Part shown: positions 1-6,866 of the stretch, piece by piece
Position numbering within the stretch: position 1 is the stretch's first letter
How the letters are laid out: each line of letters opens with the position of its first letter
Virus genome (UHGV): UHGV-0094592
Length of the DNA stretch: 13,829 bases
Reading direction: 5' to 3' (one strand)
Origin: a virus
The notes under the pieces: model-generated
What the model saw: only the letters and a program-made list of their open reading frames with translations
What the model was told of the DNA's origin: nothing
The model's database searches: none
Made by a program: the position numbers and the translations under genes

Positions 1-1409
1 CCATGGTCAGAGCCGAAGAACAGGAAGTTTTTACGACCCAGACTGACCGCCCGCAAGGCATTTTCAGCGATGTTGTTGTCGATTTCCACCCAGCCATTAC
101 TGCAGTACACGTTCAGGGCCTTCCACTGTTTCAGTAGGTATGCGAACGCTTTTGCCGTATCCGAGTGACGCGACAGTGTTTTCATCTGTTGCTGTATCCG
201 GTCATACAGTGACTGCATCAGTGGCGCGGCTCTTGCTTTTCTTGCCGCCAGACGCTGTTCTGCTGAACATCCCCGGACTTCTGCCTCGATGGTATACAGT
301 TCACCGATACGCTGCAGGGCTTCCGTGGTGATGTCGGTTGGCACTCTTGCATGCACATCGTGGATTTTTCTCCGGGCATGGGCCATACACGCAGCTTCCG
401 TTATTCTGCCGGATTCGTATAACGCCCGGTAACCACCGTAAGCATCTGCCTGAAGCACACCGCTGTAACCGGCTAGGTGATTCTGTGGATGGATACCTTT
501 CCGGTCCGGGCTGTACGCGAACCAGACCGCCGGGGGCATCTGTGAACCGGCGTTACGGTCATCACGGACATAGACCCACAGCCGGGCAGTTCTTGTTTTA
601 CCACTGCCCGGCTCCTGGACCGGAACGGGGATATCATCCGCATGAACTTTACCGGGCATCAGTACATACTGGCGCAGGACGTCATACAGCGGCTCCAGCA
701 GTTCAGCAACGGCACCGGTCCAGCGACCCAGTGTGGCACGGCTCAGCTCCACGCCCTGACGACGGTATATTTCTGACTGGCGGTATAACGGCAGATGGTC
801 TGCATATTTTCCAGCGACAACATGGGCCAGAAGCCCCGCTCCGGCATAACTGCGTGCAATGGGTTTTGAAGGCACCGGAGCCTGCACGATATGGTCGCAC
901 CGGCAACAGGCCAGTTTCGGACGTTGTGTTTCGATAACCTTAAAGGCGCTGCTGATAAGCTCCAGTTGCTCTGACACATCACATCCCAGAGAACTGAGTT
1001 CGCCACCACAGGCAGGACAGCATTCCTCTTCCGGCCGGATAACCCGGGTTTCTCGGGGAAGTGAGGCCGGTAACGGTTTACGGGCTGAAGACTGGCGCAG
1101 TGCAGATGGCAGTGCCGGGTCATATTGCTCACCCAGCGTTTCCGCCATTTCTTCCTGAAGTGCGCTGATTCGCTCCTGTGCTTCCTGTATCTGTCGTTCG
1201 GTTTTTGCGCGAAGTTTTTCTGAGCTTTTACCGAACTGCATGCGCTGCAGTTTTGCAATCAGCGCCTTCAGCCGGTTGATTTCGGAAGCATAAGCCGCCA
1301 CCCGCAGTGAGAGCAGGCGGTTATATTCGGCCATCTGGCGGATGGTGTCCTGTTGCGTCTGCAACAGCGCCCGCAGGCGGGCATTCTCATGAGCAAGTGA
1401 GGTGTCCAT
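1..1409 (-). CDS. tnpC: IS66-family transposase TnpC (orf3), 5' 469 codons; 3' end lies beyond the left window edge
   Basis: Uninterrupted minus-strand frame from ATG at 1409-1407 to the window edge (codon phase 5..3); absent from the ORF track because there is no in-window stop. Translation starts [25 protein letters not shown] and contains a CPACGG...CCRCDH zinc-finger-like motif and the conserved IS66 transposase core ending ...[13 protein letters not shown] at the edge. RBS GTGAGGA lies just upstream. Confidence 0.9.
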   Translation of the reverse strand, partial: MDTSLAHENARLRALLQTQQDTIRQMAEYNRLLSLRVAAYASEINRLKALIAKLQRMQFGKSSEKLRAKTERQIQEAQERISALQEEMAETLGEQYDPALPSALRQSSARKPLPASLPRETRVIRPEEECCPACGGELSSLGCDVSEQLELISSAFKVIETQRPKLACCRCDHIVQAPVPSKPIARSYAGAGLLAHVVAGKYADHLPLYRQSEIYRRQGVELSRATLGRWTGAVAELLEPLYDVLRQYVLMPGKVHADDIPVPVQEPGSGKTRTARLWVYVRDDRNAGSQMPPAVWFAYSPDRKGIHPQNHLAGYSGVLQADAYGGYRALYESGRITEAACMAHARRKIHDVHARVPTDITTEALQRIGELYTIEAEVRGCSAEQRLAARKARAAPLMQSLYDRIQQQMKTLSRHSDTAKAFAYLLKQWKALNVYCSNGWVEIDNNIAENALRAVSLGRKNFLFFGSDH

Positions 1410-1428
1410 ATCCTCACTTTACAACGGG

Positions 1429-1776
1429 TTATATACGGATTCCAGCGCGTTCTGTTCGTTTCGGGTGCTTCCAGTTGATACCTTCAAGAAGCATAGATAA
1501 CTGAGCCGGAGTAAGGTGAACCTTTCCATCGCGGGTGACCGGCCAGACGAAGCGGCCCCGTTCCAGGCGTTTGGTGAAGAGGCACAGTCCGTCGCTGTCA
1601 GCCCACAACACTTTTATCTGGTCACCCCGGCGTCCGCAAAAGATGAACAGATGCCCGGAGAACGGGTCATCCTTCAGGACGTTCTGAACTTTTGATGCCA
1701 GGCCGTTAAAACCATTTCGCATATCGGTAATACCGGCAACCAGCCAGATACGCGAACCGGCAGGGAGAGATATAAT
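1429..1776 (-). CDS. tnpB: IS66-family TnpB (orf2); conserved N-terminus begins at a non-ATG codon
   Basis: ORF track gives 1429..1722 (MRNGFNGLASKVQNVLKDDPFSGHLFIFCGRRGD...), but the same frame continues upstream without a stop as ISLPAGSRIWLVAGITD-MRNGFNGL, matching the IS66 TnpB N-terminus as I recall it. The only codon at the conserved start position is ATT (1776-1774), overlapping the tnpA TGA stop. Confidence 0.75.
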   Translation of the reverse strand: MISLPAGSRIWLVAGITDMRNGFNGLASKVQNVLKDDPFSGHLFIFCGRRGDQIKVLWADSDGLCLFTKRLERGRFVWPVTRDGKVHLTPAQLSMLLEGINWKHPKRTERAGIRI

Positions 1777-2387
1777 CAGTGGCTGCTCCCTTTCATTTCG
1801 CGGATAAGTGTCTGTAATAACGCCGGCGTCAGTTCACCTTTCAGCCTGAGAGTTCCGGCCGGCAGAACCAGCTCACAGCACAGACTGTCGGGCGGTGTAT
1901 TTATCTGCTCAGGTTCCTGTGCGGGTGCCGGGATTTTATTATCCGGCTCCGGCGTTAACGTCACGGGAAGTAGCGATGTTTCATGTTCGCCGGGCGGCTG
2001 CAGGCCGCCGTTACGCCAGAGATGCCGCCAGTTAAAGAGCAGGTTATCGTTGATTCCGTTCTCGCGAGCTATTTGTGCGACACAGGCACCGGGTAAAAGA
2101 GTTTGCTGAACAAGTCTCCATTTAAACTCCTGTGAAAATCGGTTCCGGCGGTTTTTCTCTGTTTTCACAGTCTGAGTTACTGTCGGGGCTGAAGGGTATC
2201 GCCCCGGGAAAAGAGCCCGGGCCAGTTGCATGCAGGAATATTCACCGGAAAGAGGCCAGTCAGCGAATATCTGGTGAAATCGCCTCACCAGAGAAAAAAT
2301 GGCGGTTTTGCTGACACCGGTCTGCGCAGAAATGCGCGGGTACGACAGTGACTCGTCAAATCTCAGTTGTAGCACACGCAGGATCAA
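1776..2387 (-). CDS. tnpA: IS66-family accessory protein TnpA (orf1) with a predicted N-terminal HTH; start codon uncertain (TTG at 2387 or downstream)
   Basis: 203-codon minus ORF directly upstream of tnpB. HTH-like segment ISAQTGVSKTAIFSLVRRF and the conserved IAREN-GINDNLLFNWRHLWRNG motif typical of IS66 orf1. Confidence 0.8.
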   Translation of the reverse strand: MILRVLQLRFDESLSYPRISAQTGVSKTAIFSLVRRFHQIFADWPLSGEYSCMQLARALFPGRYPSAPTVTQTVKTEKNRRNRFSQEFKWRLVQQTLLPGACVAQIARENGINDNLLFNWRHLWRNGGLQPPGEHETSLLPVTLTPEPDNKIPAPAQEPEQINTPPDSLCCELVLPAGTLRLKGELTPALLQTLIREMKGSSH

Positions 2388-2420
2388 TTCCGGATTATCT
2401 GCCAGTACCGCCTTTTGTGC

Positions 2421-2453
2421 GTAAGCGTCAACGGAGCACCGTATTGACGCTTA
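2421..2453. repeat. IS66-type terminal inverted-repeat-like sequence (GTAAGCGTCAA...TTGACGCTTAT), internally palindromic
   Basis: Plus strand reads GTAAGCGTCAACGGAGCACCGTATTGACGCTTAT. IS66-family ends characteristically start GTAAGCG. It sits between the tnpC 3' fragment stop (2451-2453) and the tnpA start. Confidence 0.6.
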
Positions 2454-2636
2454 TTTATTGGTGAGTACTACGTTCCATGGCAGGAGTTCGCCAACTCGGT
2501 TGGAAGGCCATTCCGGCAGTACGCTCAGAATATGGCGCAGATACGCTTCCGGATCGATACCGTTCAGACGGCAGGTGCCGATCAGCCCGTACAGCAGTGC
2601 TCCACGCTCGCCGCCGTGATCGCTACCGAAGAACAC
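2451..2636 (-). pseudogene. Detached 3' fragment of an IS66 transposase (TnpC C-terminal 61 codons)
   Basis: Translation VFFGSDHGGERGALLYGLIGTCRLNGIDPEAYLRHILSVLPEWPSNRVGELLPWNVVLTNK is the C-terminal tail of IS66 TnpC. Its first residues (FFGSDHG) duplicate the last residues of the tnpC copy cut by the window edge. Homology stops abruptly near 2637. Confidence 0.85.
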
Positions 2637-2699
2637 GTAGATGATATGACCTTTATATACTCACTATAGCATTGGTGGGATATTCCAGAGGAGGTCATC

Positions 2700-2954
2700 A
2701 TGCATTCGGAAAATATTGCGGCTTACGTCGGGCTGGATGTGCATAAAGAAACGTTGGCGGTTGCTATTGCTGCACCTGAACGGCTTGGCGAAGTTCGTTA
2801 TTATGGTACGATTAACAACGAAGCCCAGGCTGTACGTCGATTATTTCAGAAATTGCAGGGACTTTACGGAAACATTCTTTCCTGCTATGAGGCTGGCCCC
2901 TGTGGTTTTGGGCTATATCATCAACTCACGATATTTATAATTAAATGCGCATAA
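2700..2954 (+). pseudogene. IS110-family transposase, N-terminal fragment (84 codons, truncated)
   Basis: MHSENIAAYVGLDVHKETLAVAIA...CYEAGPCGFGLYHQL carries the IS110-family N-terminal signatures (GxDxxK and CYEAxG). Strong RBS GGAGG 7 nt upstream. Full-length IS110-family transposases are several-fold longer as far as I recall, and this ORF ends after only 84 codons. Confidence 0.75.
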
Positions 2955-3005
2955 CTTATTGAATTTAACCAACAAACATCGCTGCAAATAACGTTAAAAA
3001 TCGCA

Positions 3006-3030
3006 AATTAACTACACCATTAACTACACC
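3006..3030. repeat. Island-boundary direct repeat, left copy (AATTAACTACACCATTAACTACACC; tandem 12-mer ATTAACTACACC x2); candidate att/arm site
   Basis: Perfect 25/25 identity to 13622-13646; imperfect homology continues about 45 bp to the right of both copies. Confidence 0.75.
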
Positions 3031-3521
3031 GTTCGGTGCACTGTATGCAACAATGCGGAACAAATAGACACAAGCGACGGGCTATACCGTTATCATTTTC
3101 CGGCTATCCGCCATGAAGCTGGTGGATGATCACGGATAAACCGTTATGGAAGTCCCCATATCGGCATCATGCCCACCAGCGAGATTAGTTATCTGGTTGC
3201 TGATGGGAGGCTGACGAACCTCGATGCTAGGGTGCGCAAAACTAGTGAGACCTTTTTTCTCTGCAACAGGCCCATAATTCGCGTTTTCTTTGTCTGCCGT
3301 AAGGTGGGGGATTTTTGGCGGATCCAGCAATGGCGCGGATTTTGTGATTTTTTATAGATAGACCTCATCTATCAATCCCGTGCACACCTTCCCAAAAAAA
3401 GTTTTCGAACCTGCGGCGATGTGAACAAGGGTAGGCGGGCGGTCCCATAAGCAATGAGGTGTAGGGATTTCTATCCCCCTGGGGGTATTAAACACCACCC
3501 GATTTAAATACCGTCTTTTTT

Positions 3522-3556
3522 GTCACTGTGTGTCACTCTCCGTCACGGTATGTCAC
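3522..3556. promoter_or_regulatory. Four helically phased GTCAC repeats (10-bp period); candidate protein-binding array
   Basis: GTCAC at 3522, 3532, 3542 and 3552, immediately downstream of the 93-aa gene stop (3563). Confidence 0.45.
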
Positions 3557-3562
3557 CACAAG

Positions 3563-3844
3563 TTAACGTCGTAACCGTTCCGGCTTCTTCCAGTGGTAAG
3601 TAATTTTTTCTTTCTCTTGGTACATCTGCACGCGGCGACGGTACGACAACATCTCCAGAACTCTGGCGCGTATGTTGCGCATATCCACGCCGTTAAGCTC
3701 GATACCGTCACGGCGCATCACCTCAGCAACAACACGCACATAATTTTCAGCGGTCACGCTGTCCGGCTGCGTGGCCTGTTCGTCAGCCTGCTGGCTGATT
3801 CCGGTAACGCGGCGGATTAATCGCAGTATTTCGGCTTCTGTCAT
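3563..3844 (-). CDS. Hypothetical protein (93 aa) downstream of TerS; possible packaging accessory factor
   Basis: ORF with RBS GGGGG 4 nt upstream of the ATG (3844); basic C-terminus. No recognisable family from sequence alone. Confidence 0.6.
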   Translation of the reverse strand: MTEAEILRLIRRVTGISQQADEQATQPDSVTAENYVRVVAEVMRRDGIELNGVDMRNIRARVLEMLSYRRRVQMYQEKEKITYHWKKPERLRR

Positions 3845-3917
3845 TGTGCCCCCATCGCTCTGATAGCCTGGTGTCGTCAGGTCCTTCCTGGAATTATGGC
3901 CCGTTACGGGGCGGCGG

Positions 3918-4460
3918 TTACTCGCCTTTGTTCTGTAGCAACTTCTCAGGCGCGCTTCCGGTAGTTTCCATCAGGTAATCAGCCAGTATCTGTGGCAGGT
4001 TTTCGTCAAGTCTTGCACATGCGTTACATGCTTTGGCTATTTCCCTTTTTAGTTCATCCAGCATATACGGCCTTATATCGGGAAAGCGCCTTTGCATTGT
4101 GAGCGGGAGGCTGTCCATGATTGATGAAATCTGACTCGCTAGTTTTGAAATCGCGTAGATGCAAAACTTTGTATCAATCACCTCGCCGCGTTCGCGCTCG
4201 TTTTTAAGTTCCTGCGCTTCCGCCTGTGCTGTCAGCAATCTGATTCTTACGCGTAAAAGTTCATCATCATCAATCTCGCCTTTGTCGTTTGTAAGCTGGT
4301 TAATTGCATTGTTAACCCTATTGTCTATCACGCTAGCAACATCATAAAACGCCTCACGGCCTTTACGCTCAACGGGAGTTACTCCCCACTTGTCGAACGC
4401 TGTCGCACTTACGCGGCAGCTTTGCGCCATAGTTTTTTTGTTCATCAGGTGCGATTTCAT
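3918..4460 (-). CDS. Terminase small subunit, phage lambda Nu1-like
   Basis: Translation (...RLLTAQAEAQELKNERERGEVIDTKFCIYAISKLASQISSIMDSLPLTMQRRFPD...) matches lambda gpNu1 as I recall it (RLTRAQADAQELKNARDSAEVVETAFCTFVLSRIAGEIASILDGLPLSVQRRFPE). ORF track start is GTG 4472; ATG at 4460 has RBS GGGGA and ATG at 4445 aligns with the Nu1 N-terminus (M..NKK). Confidence 0.85.
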   Translation of the reverse strand: MKSHLMNKKTMAQSCRVSATAFDKWGVTPVERKGREAFYDVASVIDNRVNNAINQLTNDKGEIDDDELLRVRIRLLTAQAEAQELKNERERGEVIDTKFCIYAISKLASQISSIMDSLPLTMQRRFPDIRPYMLDELKREIAKACNACARLDENLPQILADYLMETTGSAPEKLLQNKGE

Positions 4461-4472
4461 CAATATCCCCAC

Positions 4473-4637
4473 TTAGTTAAGGTTTCAGGTTGGTGTGTTG
4501 GTGTTATCTTTCCCTTTTTATTCATAGAGATAGAGCGAAAAACAAAACCACCACCACCAACCCGAAAAGGCTCATAAATAGCGAAAATCCGCAAGGTCGC
4601 CGCCCCGTAACGGGTCCATATGCCGGAAAGGACCCGT
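4473..4637 (-). other. Lambda-type cos site (cosQ-cosN-cosB) with exact cosN 12-mer GGGCGGCGACCT (minus strand, 4605..4594)
   Basis: Minus strand reads ...TTTACGGGTCCTTTCCGG-CATATGGACCCGTTACG-GGGCGGCGACCT-TGCGGATTTTCGCTATTTATGAGCCTTTTCGGG. Lambda right and left ends read ...TTTACGGGTCCTTTCCGGTGATCCGACAGGTTACG / GGGCGGCGACCTCGCGGGTTTTCGCTATTTATGAAAATTTTCCGG. It lies directly upstream of the Nu1-like gene, as in lambda. Confidence 0.85.
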
Positions 4638-4660
4638 AAAAAAAGCCGGATTTCTCCGGC
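4638..4660 (-). terminator. Rho-independent terminator after the capsid operon (stem GCCGGA/TCCGGC, 7-T run on minus strand)
   Basis: Hairpin 4645-4660 followed on the minus strand by TTTTTTT (4644..4638), 6 bp downstream of the 137-aa gene stop. Confidence 0.7.
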
Positions 4661-4666
4661 CTTATG

Positions 4667-5080
4667 TCAGATGGTTTTCAGTATGCGATCGACGTCGCCT
4701 TCATCGCCCTGGTTTCTGCCGTCGTATGCCATGCCGGGTGATACGGCTTTCGGGCTGTGCATGTCCATAAAGTTTTCAAAGGCTGCGGTAAGCTCCGGCG
4801 CAACCTTCGGGCGCTCCTGCTCTATGGTCATGTTCAGGATTTCACGAGCATTATCGACGCTAATACATGGCACGTTTGCCATTGCACGTAACAGCGGCTG
4901 ATAGTCGTTATGTTCATGAAGCGCCATAATCGCATCAGCGCGCGGCTTGTCCTGCTCTTCCAGTTTGTTGAGTTGATATACGGCCTCGTAGGTTGATAAA
5001 CCTCTGTCAGCCATTGCCCGCGCTTCTGCTTTAAATTTACTCGCCAGCGGTAGCGCCATGATGCTTTCATTCGTTGCCAT
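4667..5080 (-). CDS. Hypothetical capsid-module protein (137 aa), acidic; possible scaffold or size-determination factor
   Basis: ORF with RBS AGGGGAA 3 nt upstream of ATG 5080; sits between the gpD-like gene and the terminator/cos. No confident family assignment. Confidence 0.6.
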   Translation of the reverse strand: MATNESIMALPLASKFKAEARAMADRGLSTYEAVYQLNKLEEQDKPRADAIMALHEHNDYQPLLRAMANVPCISVDNAREILNMTIEQERPKVAPELTAAFENFMDMHSPKAVSPGMAYDGRNQGDEGDVDRILKTI

Positions 5081-5092
5081 CGTTTCCCCTGC

Positions 5093-5428
5093 TTATCGCG
5101 CCAGCGGCTGAACGGATACGCCAGAACCCGCAAAGGCGGCGCATTTTTTCGCGTCAGTGTCGGCGCTCTCAGGCCAGTTTACGGCGGCGATATTAAATAT
5201 CCCCGTCTTGTAACACTGTGCTGATTTCTGCTTTGACGTGTCCACGGGGTACGAGGTCAGATAAACAGCCTTCCCAGATTCCTGACCATCCCACGGCTTA
5301 AACTCGCCATTGTCCGCCAGCATCAGCGGGGTAAATTCCTGAATAACGCCAGCATCAGCGGCAAAATGTACCAGCGTCGTGGATACCTGCTGACTGCCTG
5401 CAAATAACTCAATGTATGGAGTGTCCAT
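5093..5428 (-). CDS. Head decoration protein, lambda gpD-like
   Basis: ...FTPLMLADNGEFKPWDGQ...YKTGIFNIAAVNWPESADTDAKKCAAFAGSGVSV versus recalled lambda gpD ...MTPLMLDTSSRKLVAWDGT...[44 protein letters not shown] 4 nt upstream of the ATG. Confidence 0.8.
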   Translation of the reverse strand: MDTPYIELFAGSQQVSTTLVHFAADAGVIQEFTPLMLADNGEFKPWDGQESGKAVYLTSYPVDTSKQKSAQCYKTGIFNIAAVNWPESADTDAKKCAAFAGSGVSVQPLAR

Positions 5429-5439
5429 AGAATCCCCCG

Positions 5440-6495
5440 TTAAGCAATTTTGACGGTAACAAATTTGCGAATATCTGCCGGAACCGGCTGCGGTGCGCTG
5501 TGCGTCTGCACGTACTCAATCGCCGGATCGCCGTCCTCAATCCAGTTTTTCGGGTAGTACATGTTTTGCGTTGCGCCTGTTCTTACCGCTTCCTGATCCA
5601 TAATCGCACCATAGGCCACCAGCCCTTTGTTGTTGGTGTTGCCCAGGACCAGCAAATCAGGATCAAGGAAATATTTTTCTGTGCCGTCGCTGTCAGTGTA
5701 TTTGCCGGAATAGACGATAAGGGCCAGATCACCAAGATAGCCTTTAAAGCTCACCACTTCGCCCAGGTTTTTACATGCCAGCTCTGCGGCGGATTCTGAA
5801 CCACGGGAGAGATCGTACAGTTCACGGAATTTTTTAAAGCTGCGTAACATGCGCCATACATCAACGCCCATAATCATGACGTTTGCGGGGCAACCTGCCT
5901 GATCTGCGTATAGCTCAATGTCATAGATTGGGTCGTGTATGTCTTTGTCCTGCTCTGACCATTTTTTACCGTCGGCCTGCTCTATGATGTTTTTTTCCGG
6001 TATCTTCCAGTCGATTTCATAGCGCTCTATGCCTTCGCCCTCAATGATGTTTTTTCCGGTCGTTATCGCATTCACCGCCAGCCATTCCACGCGCGCTTTA
6101 ATGGCGTTTATCTGGCGGCGCATGTTGCCAGTAATCAGGCGCATACGGCGGTAGGTAGGGTCGTTAAGCTGTGCCGGATCTTCTCCAGCCATGCGCATTA
6201 TTGTTTTTAATGGATCGATTTCGTGTTTTGGCTTCATGTAGCCAGGGCGAATAATGCTGGTTTCGTACCCTTTATCGCGCTGAACCTGGCTACCAACCAT
6301 AGGCGAACAAAACGCCGACATAGTGACTTCTTCAATATCCAGGTTATCTAACATGATGTCCTGTGTGTTGAATGTCGCCACGTTCGGGAAAAACAGCGCG
6401 GTAAACAGCGGACTAAATTTAAATTCCGCAATATCCTCGCGATTCAGGTACGCGAAAAGCTGGTGTGTGTTAAGTGCCATTGCTTTGACTGCCAT
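5440..6495 (-). CDS. Major capsid protein, lambda gpE-like (351 aa)
   Basis: Conserved blocks EFKFSPLF, RPGYMKPKHEIDP, EDPAQLNDPTYRRMRLI, WSEQDKDIHDP, VSFKGYLGDLALIVYSGKYTD, LLVLGNTNNKGLVAYGAIMD and YPKNWIEDGDPAIE align with recalled lambda gpE (KFKFDPLF, TPGYVKPKHEVNP, EDPQNLADPAYRRRRII, WSKRDKSTYDP, VSYKGMYGDVAIVVYSGQYVE, MVLGNTQARGLRTYGCIQD, YPKNWVTTGDPAREF). [11 protein letters not shown]; start overlaps the upstream stop (TAATG). Confidence 0.9.
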   Translation of the reverse strand: MAVKAMALNTHQLFAYLNREDIAEFKFSPLFTALFFPNVATFNTQDIMLDNLDIEEVTMSAFCSPMVGSQVQRDKGYETSIIRPGYMKPKHEIDPLKTIMRMAGEDPAQLNDPTYRRMRLITGNMRRQINAIKARVEWLAVNAITTGKNIIEGEGIERYEIDWKIPEKNIIEQADGKKWSEQDKDIHDPIYDIELYADQAGCPANVMIMGVDVWRMLRSFKKFRELYDLSRGSESAAELACKNLGEVVSFKGYLGDLALIVYSGKYTDSDGTEKYFLDPDLLVLGNTNNKGLVAYGAIMDQEAVRTGATQNMYYPKNWIEDGDPAIEYVQTHSAPQPVPADIRKFVTVKIA

Positions 6496-6701
6496 TATTC
6501 ACCCCCATGAGTCTGATTTATGCCCAGCGCCGCGCGTAAATAGGAGCGTACCTGCCAGCCTGTTGACGGCTCAACCATCGCCAGCGGATCAAGTCCTGCC
6601 GCAATGCCTGCTTTTACGTTCTGCTGGTGGCGTTCCTTGAGCGCCTTCACGATGTCGGGGCTTATGTACACCGAAACACCGCCTTTTTTCTCTTCAGCCA
6701 T
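6495..6701 (-). CDS. Hypothetical small protein (68 aa), first gene of the capsid operon, translationally coupled to the major capsid gene
   Basis: RBS AAGAGGAA 7 nt upstream of ATG 6701; its stop overlaps the capsid ATG. Confidence 0.6.
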   Translation of the reverse strand: MAEEKKGGVSVYISPDIVKALKERHQQNVKAGIAAGLDPLAMVEPSTGWQVRSYLRAALGINQTHGGE

Positions 6702-6729
6702 AGTAAGAAATTCCTCTTTGACTTAAAAA

Positions 6730-6786
6730 ATTATAACTGGATGTTCATCCAGCTCTGATTATAATCAGGATTGCATTTTGTGCAAT
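6730..6786 (-). promoter_or_regulatory. Candidate capsid-operon promoter (perfect -10 TATAAT on minus strand, weak -35) with three adjacent palindromes upstream
   Basis: Minus-strand TATAAT at 6735..6730. Palindromes TGGATGttCATCCA (6738-6751), CTGATTATAATCAG (6755-6768) and ATTGCAttttgTGCAAT (6770-6786) lie immediately upstream in minus sense. Confidence 0.5.
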
Positions 6787-6866
6787 GATATTGAGTTGTG
6801 TTGCAAATTATGAAATGATGATCCCGCTCATGTGTGTCAGTGCACCAAAAAGCCTCATATGCAAAA

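Larger units (their letters stand above)
1..2640 (-). mobile_element. IS66-family insertion sequence region (tnpA-tnpB-tnpC unit plus a detached tnpC 3' fragment); left boundary outside the window
   Basis: Three consecutive minus-strand genes in the canonical IS66 order tnpA > tnpB > tnpC, plus a GTAAGCG-initiated terminal-repeat-like sequence at 2421-2453. The arrangement is non-canonical (see findings). Confidence 0.85.

Noticed and set aside
338-937. 199-aa plus-strand ORF, plus the other listed ORFs at 140..331, 703..906, 743..1258 and 859..1158
   Set aside because: All lie inside the IS66 tnpC coding region, antisense or out of frame. The true tnpC frame (phase 1409..3, minus strand) is continuous and matches the transposase. 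Their compositions are Arg/Ser/Cys/Pro-rich, typical of non-coding frames.
2654-2669. T7-promoter-like string TATATACTCACTATAG
   Set aside because: It lacks the GAC trinucleotide of the T7 consensus (TAATACGACTCACTATAG) and no T7-like polymerase context exists. It is more likely part of the IS110-family left end and 5' UTR preceding the GGAGG RBS.
2955-3100. Search for a tRNA or tmRNA integration target at the left junction, and likewise at 13647-13829
   Set aside because: No cloverleaf-compatible GC-rich stems, no conserved T-loop motif, and no CCA-adjacent acceptor stem could be recognised by eye. A proper tRNA scan is still advisable.
3130-3357. Overlapping ORFs 3130..3330 (-) and 3169..3357 (+) in the left island arm
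   Set aside because: Mutually overlapping on opposite strands, no RBS, and the region is dense in structural repeats. Treated as non-coding.
4620-5133. ORFs 4620..4901 (+) and 4834..5133 (-)
   Set aside because: Both overlap the 137-aa capsid-module gene, which has a strong RBS and operon context. The alternatives run through the terminator or cos region or are out of frame.
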